Shown one piece after another: positions 35,475 to 38,998 of a stretch of DNA of 38,998 bases; the first letter of the stretch is position 1; every line of letters begins with the position of its first letter. The notes beneath the pieces were generated by a model. The model was not told the origin of the DNA. It did not search any database and was given only the letters and a program-made list of their open reading frames with translations. Source of the DNA: a virus (lineage: Duplodnaviria; Caudoviricetes); IMG/VR virus record IMGVR_UViG_3300020440_000034, positions 1-38,998 of that record; one strand, written 5' to 3'. The translations under genes and the position numbers were made by a program.

Positions 35475-36934
35475 AAACATGTAAACTAATAATTGAAGAT
35501 GAAGTTAACATAAAGCTCGAAGGTCTTGAAGTCGATATTAGACGGAAACTTGCAAACGCTCTTAAGTTTGAAGTTCCTTATGCACGATATATGCCACAGT
35601 ATAAACTAGGACGTTGGGACGGCAAAGTTGCATTCTTTGGTATTGGTGGTAGTGGTTATGTAAATCATCTCGATGTTGTTAGTGAAGTACTGTTAAAAAA
35701 TAATGTAGAGATAGTTGACATTGAAGATAGACGACATCCGATACAATTAGACTTTACACCAGTTACAGAAAATTACTGGAAGGACCAAGGCGTTGTATGG
35801 CCTAAAGGACATCCAGCAGAAGGAGAAGATATTGTTCTACGTGATTATCAAGTAGAAGCAATTAATAACTTTTTAAATAATCCACAGAGCTTGCAACAGA
35901 TTGCTACTGGTGCAGGTAAAACAATTACAACAGCAACGTTGTCACACCTAAGCGAGCCGTATGGTAGGTCTCTAGTAATTGTTCCTAACAAATCGTTAGT
36001 AGAACAAACTGAAGAGGACTATATTAACTGCGGTCTCGACGTAGGGGTGTACTTTGGAGACAGAAAACAGTTAGGTAAGACTCACACTATATGCACTTGG
36101 CAGAGTTTGAATATTCTGGACAAGAAGCACAAAGACGGCTCAGCAGTGTTATCACTTGCAGAGTTCCTTGAAGGTGTAAGCACTATTATTGTTGACGAAG
36201 TTCACCAAGCCAAAGCAGAAGTTCTTAAGAACTTGCTTACACGCAACCTACGCAACGCACCTATACGCTGGGGACTAACAGGCACAGTACCCAAGGAGAA
36301 ATTTGAGTTTGAAAGCATACATGCTTCGTTAGGACCTGTAATTGGTCAGATTAGTGCAAAAGAACTACAGGACAAAGGTGTACTTTCACAATGTCACGTT
36401 AATGTAATACAATTAATTGATACAGTAGCACACAGTGGATATCAAGAAGAATTAAAATATCTTGTTACTAACAAAGCAAGAGTAGAATATATAGGCAAAT
36501 TATTAAATAAAGTTTCACATACAGGCAATACATTAATATTAGTAGACAGAATCTCAGCAGGAGAAATGTTAGCAGAACTAATACCTAACAGCACATTCAT
36601 TAGCGGAAGTGTTAAGGTAAAGGATAGGAAAGAAACATATGATACAATCCGCGAAGGTACAAACGAGGTTATAATTGCGACCTATGGTGTAGCTGCTGTA
36701 GGACTTAACATTCCACGTATCTTTAATTTAGTTCTTATCGAACCTGGCAAGAGTTTTGTAAGAGTAATTCAATCTATCGGTAGAGGCGTAAGAAAGGCAA
36801 AGGATAAAGACTTCGTGCAAATATGGGACTTGACATCTACATGCAAGTTTGCGAAGCGACATCTGACTCAGCGTAAAAAGTTTTACAAAGAAGCAGAGTA
36901 CCCCTTTACAATTGAAAAGGTAGATTGGAATTAA
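35471..36934 (+). CDS. uvsW: SF2 DNA helicase UvsW
   Basis: WDGK, LRDYQ, ATGAGKT, VDEVH, GLTGT, GLNIP, QSIGRGVR. Confidence 0.95.
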   Translation: MKTCKLIIEDEVNIKLEGLEVDIRRKLANALKFEVPYARYMPQYKLGRWDGKVAFFGIGGSGYVNHLDVVSEVLLKNNVEIVDIEDRRHPIQLDFTPVTENYWKDQGVVWPKGHPAEGEDIVLRDYQVEAINNFLNNPQSLQQIATGAGKTITTATLSHLSEPYGRSLVIVPNKSLVEQTEEDYINCGLDVGVYFGDRKQLGKTHTICTWQSLNILDKKHKDGSAVLSLAEFLEGVSTIIVDEVHQAKAEVLKNLLTRNLRNAPIRWGLTGTVPKEKFEFESIHASLGPVIGQISAKELQDKGVLSQCHVNVIQLIDTVAHSGYQEELKYLVTNKARVEYIGKLLNKVSHTGNTLILVDRISAGEMLAELIPNSTFISGSVKVKDRKETYDTIREGTNEVIIATYGVAAVGLNIPRIFNLVLIEPGKSFVRVIQSIGRGVRKAKDKDFVQIWDLTSTCKFAKRHLTQRKKFYKEAEYPFTIEKVDWN

Positions 36935-36937
36935 TAT

Positions 36938-37444
36938 ATGAGAATATTGACAATAGAAAACGAATGTTATATGTTAAATAACTTGCCAGATCAAATTGAA
37001 GAAGATATTAGATTTAGTGTTCTAGATAATAGTAATAGTGATGATCCTGATTTTTATTTTATTCCTTTGATCTTTTTAGAAAGTTTTAGTGCACCTGCAA
37101 TCGTTATGGAAATAAATGGTAAAGAAATTATGATGCCTATAGATTGGCATATAGCTGTAGGTGACAGTGAAACAAATAATGATCTAGAAATATTACCATT
37201 AACAAGTTTAAATGACAGAGGCTTTGAAGCATTTTTATTTAATCCTGTAAAAAGCTATAAAGCTGATTATGCTGAAGTGAAGATACTAAATTTTTATAAT
37301 GATGTAAAATGGTATTTTCCTAAAATGAAAAACGGACAGTTACTTACTGTTCCACTATCAGAAGGTCATAATCCTGAGTGTGCATTTTTTGTAAAAGATA
37401 TTAGCAGACAGATGGAACTTATTGATTATGGAAAACTTATCTAA
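36938..37444 (+). CDS. Hypothetical beta-rich protein, possible degenerate Hint fold
   Basis: 168 aa; hydrophobic pattern reminiscent of intein blocks, without the catalytic residues. Confidence 0.55.
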   Translation: MRILTIENECYMLNNLPDQIEEDIRFSVLDNSNSDDPDFYFIPLIFLESFSAPAIVMEINGKEIMMPIDWHIAVGDSETNNDLEILPLTSLNDRGFEAFLFNPVKSYKADYAEVKILNFYNDVKWYFPKMKNGQLLTVPLSEGHNPECAFFVKDISRQMELIDYGKLI

Positions 37445-37457
37445 CAAGGAGAAAAAT

Positions 37458-37808
37458 ATGAAAGCAGGTAAGATATGGGGTCAGACAGAATTGATCCATG
37501 CAAACGGTGTACTTGAGTTTCACCGTATTGAATACAAAGCAGGATTCAAATGTTCAGAACACGAACATCAATTTAAATGGAACGGATTCTTTGTTGAATC
37601 GGGCAAAATGCTTGTTCGAGTTTGGCAAGATGATCAAGGACTAGTTGATGAAACTATTCTTGAAGCAGGCGACTTTACTCAAGTAAAGCCTGGGAAAATC
37701 CACCAGTTTGAAGGTTTAGAAGACGGTGTCGCTTTTGAACTATACTGGGCGGAGTTTAACCATGACGATATTGTTCGTCGTACATCAGGCACATCTGTGA
37801 AGAAATAA
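37458..37808 (+). CDS. Cupin domain protein
   Basis: GKIWG, CSEHEHQFKWNGFFVESG, VKPGKIHQF; AAGGAG RBS before the ATG at 37458. Confidence 0.85.
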   Translation: MKAGKIWGQTELIHANGVLEFHRIEYKAGFKCSEHEHQFKWNGFFVESGKMLVRVWQDDQGLVDETILEAGDFTQVKPGKIHQFEGLEDGVAFELYWAEFNHDDIVRRTSGTSVKK

Positions 37809-37817
37809 GGAGTATAT

Positions 37818-38459
37818 ATGTTCACTAAACTTTTAGAAGGTGTAGACAAAACGCTTGTTAGAAATCTTGTGATTCTACACACACTGGTGATTGCTGTGAG
37901 TAATTATCTAGTAACAATTAGATTTGATCTGTTTCCAGGAGCAGACTTGCCCTTGTTTGGATCATTTCCATTAGCGGCGGCAGCGTTTACGTTTCCGATC
38001 GTTGTAGTAGCAACTGACTTAACAGTTAGGATGGTTGGTAAACAAGCAGGCCGTGCTGTTGTAGCAATGGCTATTATTCCAGCTATTGTAGCATCAGTAC
38101 TAGTACTATTAGCACTTGGTGATGAACACGCATACAGAGTTGGATTAGCATCAGGTACAGCATATGCAATTGGTACAATGCTTGACGTATATGTATTCCA
38201 ACATATCCGTGAGCGAATGAGTGCATGGTGGATTGCTCCAGCAGTTTCGACTATCGCTGCAAACATCATTGATACTTACGCATTCTTTTACACAGCGTTT
38301 TATCCTGCGCCTTGGGTTGCAGATGTTGCATTTAATAATACACTTACAAAGATTGTAATAGGTCTAATTGTATTTCTACCAGCATACGGTATACTATTAA
38401 ATTACTTACAAAATAAAGTAATTGTAGAAGAACCAAAAGCTAAAAAGAAAGCTAAGTAA
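37818..38459 (+). CDS. yhhQ: Queuosine precursor (preQ0/preQ1) transporter, YhhQ/VUT family
   Basis: IAVSNYLV, AFTFP...ATDLTVR..G...GR.V, R...AS..AY..G..LDVYVF..IR...WW.AP..ST.....IDT..F; about 6 TM helices; AAGGAG RBS. Confidence 0.88.
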   Translation: MFTKLLEGVDKTLVRNLVILHTLVIAVSNYLVTIRFDLFPGADLPLFGSFPLAAAAFTFPIVVVATDLTVRMVGKQAGRAVVAMAIIPAIVASVLVLLALGDEHAYRVGLASGTAYAIGTMLDVYVFQHIRERMSAWWIAPAVSTIAANIIDTYAFFYTAFYPAPWVADVAFNNTLTKIVIGLIVFLPAYGILLNYLQNKVIVEEPKAKKKAK

Positions 38460-38998
38460 TGCAACTTAGTGTTTTGCAAAACTTTAAGGGTGTGGAGATG
38501 CAACCGTTTCCACACATTTGCATAGATAATGCTCTTCCGGAAAATTTATACAACGAACTTGTAGATACATTTCCGGAGGAGATTATCTGCTCAACACCCG
38601 TGCTTGATAACGGCATAACTTACAGACATAAATCAAATCCAGTGTTATTAGAAAGTAAGACACCTTCTATATGGAAGGAATTTTTTGCTTATCATACCAG
38701 TACAGAATTTTTTCAATATGTTGTAGAAATTTTTGAAGATTCGTTTGTAAAATATTATCCAAAAGAAATATATGAACAATTAGTTTTAGGTGATGTTGGT
38801 ATAAGACGTATACAAAAGAAAACAAAATTTGTTACTGACTGTCAGTTTGTTGTACATGAACCTGTAGATGAAACAGGTACTACACGAACACCTCATTTAG
38901 ATAATCCTGGTGAAATCTATGCAGGACTGTTGTATATGAAAAAACCTAATGATACTAGTACAGGCGGCAACTTCACACTACACAATATACCTAAAGTA
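38459..38998 (+). CDS. 2OG-Fe(II) oxygenase, 3'-truncated
   Basis: Not in the ORF track (no stop before the window edge): MQLSVLQN...PFPHICIDNALP...RTPHLDNPGEIYAGLLYM....TGGNF (HxD motif); TAATG coupling to yhhQ. Confidence 0.85.
   Translation, partial: MQLSVLQNFKGVEMQPFPHICIDNALPENLYNELVDTFPEEIICSTPVLDNGITYRHKSNPVLLESKTPSIWKEFFAYHTSTEFFQYVVEIFEDSFVKYYPKEIYEQLVLGDVGIRRIQKKTKFVTDCQFVVHEPVDETGTTRTPHLDNPGEIYAGLLYMKKPNDTSTGGNFTLHNIPKV

Noticed and set aside
20839-36934. Inteins or introns in terL, uvsX or uvsW
   Set aside because: All three have ordinary lengths and uninterrupted motif order.
607-38269. Numerous antisense or alternate-frame ORFs in the track (e.g. 2174-2761, 15145-15591, 17575-18207, 28499-28987, 31040-31675, 37904-38269)
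   Set aside because: They are shadows of well-supported genes on the other strand or frame, with no RBS, promoter or recognisable motif.
1-38998. Alternative genetic code (stop codon reassignment)
   Set aside because: Standard-code ORFs tile the window densely with full-length conserved genes.

Overview
AT-rich segment of a large T4-like (Tevenvirinae/Kyanoviridae-related, probably aquatic) myophage genome. All calls come from motif recognition by eye; no database search was run. From left to right: fibre-like virion proteins flanking a subtilisin; a minus-strand late operon (neck gp14, TMEM65-like membrane protein, gp15, Nudix, 2OG-Fe(II) oxygenase, cupin); gp13, dNMP kinase and an HNH-like gene; an enlarged tail sheath, tail tube, tube-like baseplate protein, gp4 and a small terminase; putative protease-processed internal head proteins around the large terminase; gp32-uvsX-uvsY; a 7.3 kb glycan-synthesis cluster; uvsW, a Hint-like protein, a cupin, a YhhQ/VUT transporter and a truncated 2OG oxygenase. 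Regulatory signals are many NNTAAATA late promoters and three near-consensus sigma70 promoters. The best candidates for new biology are: (1) the glycosylation cluster with four KpsS/KpsC-like paralogues, partly under late promoters; (2) a 977-aa putative capsid-internal polyprotein with a peptidoglycan-binding domain, an annexin repeat and protamine-like tail peptides; (3) a structured RNA ahead of uvsX; (4) the phage-encoded YhhQ. No tRNA, CRISPR array, intron or IS element was recognised.
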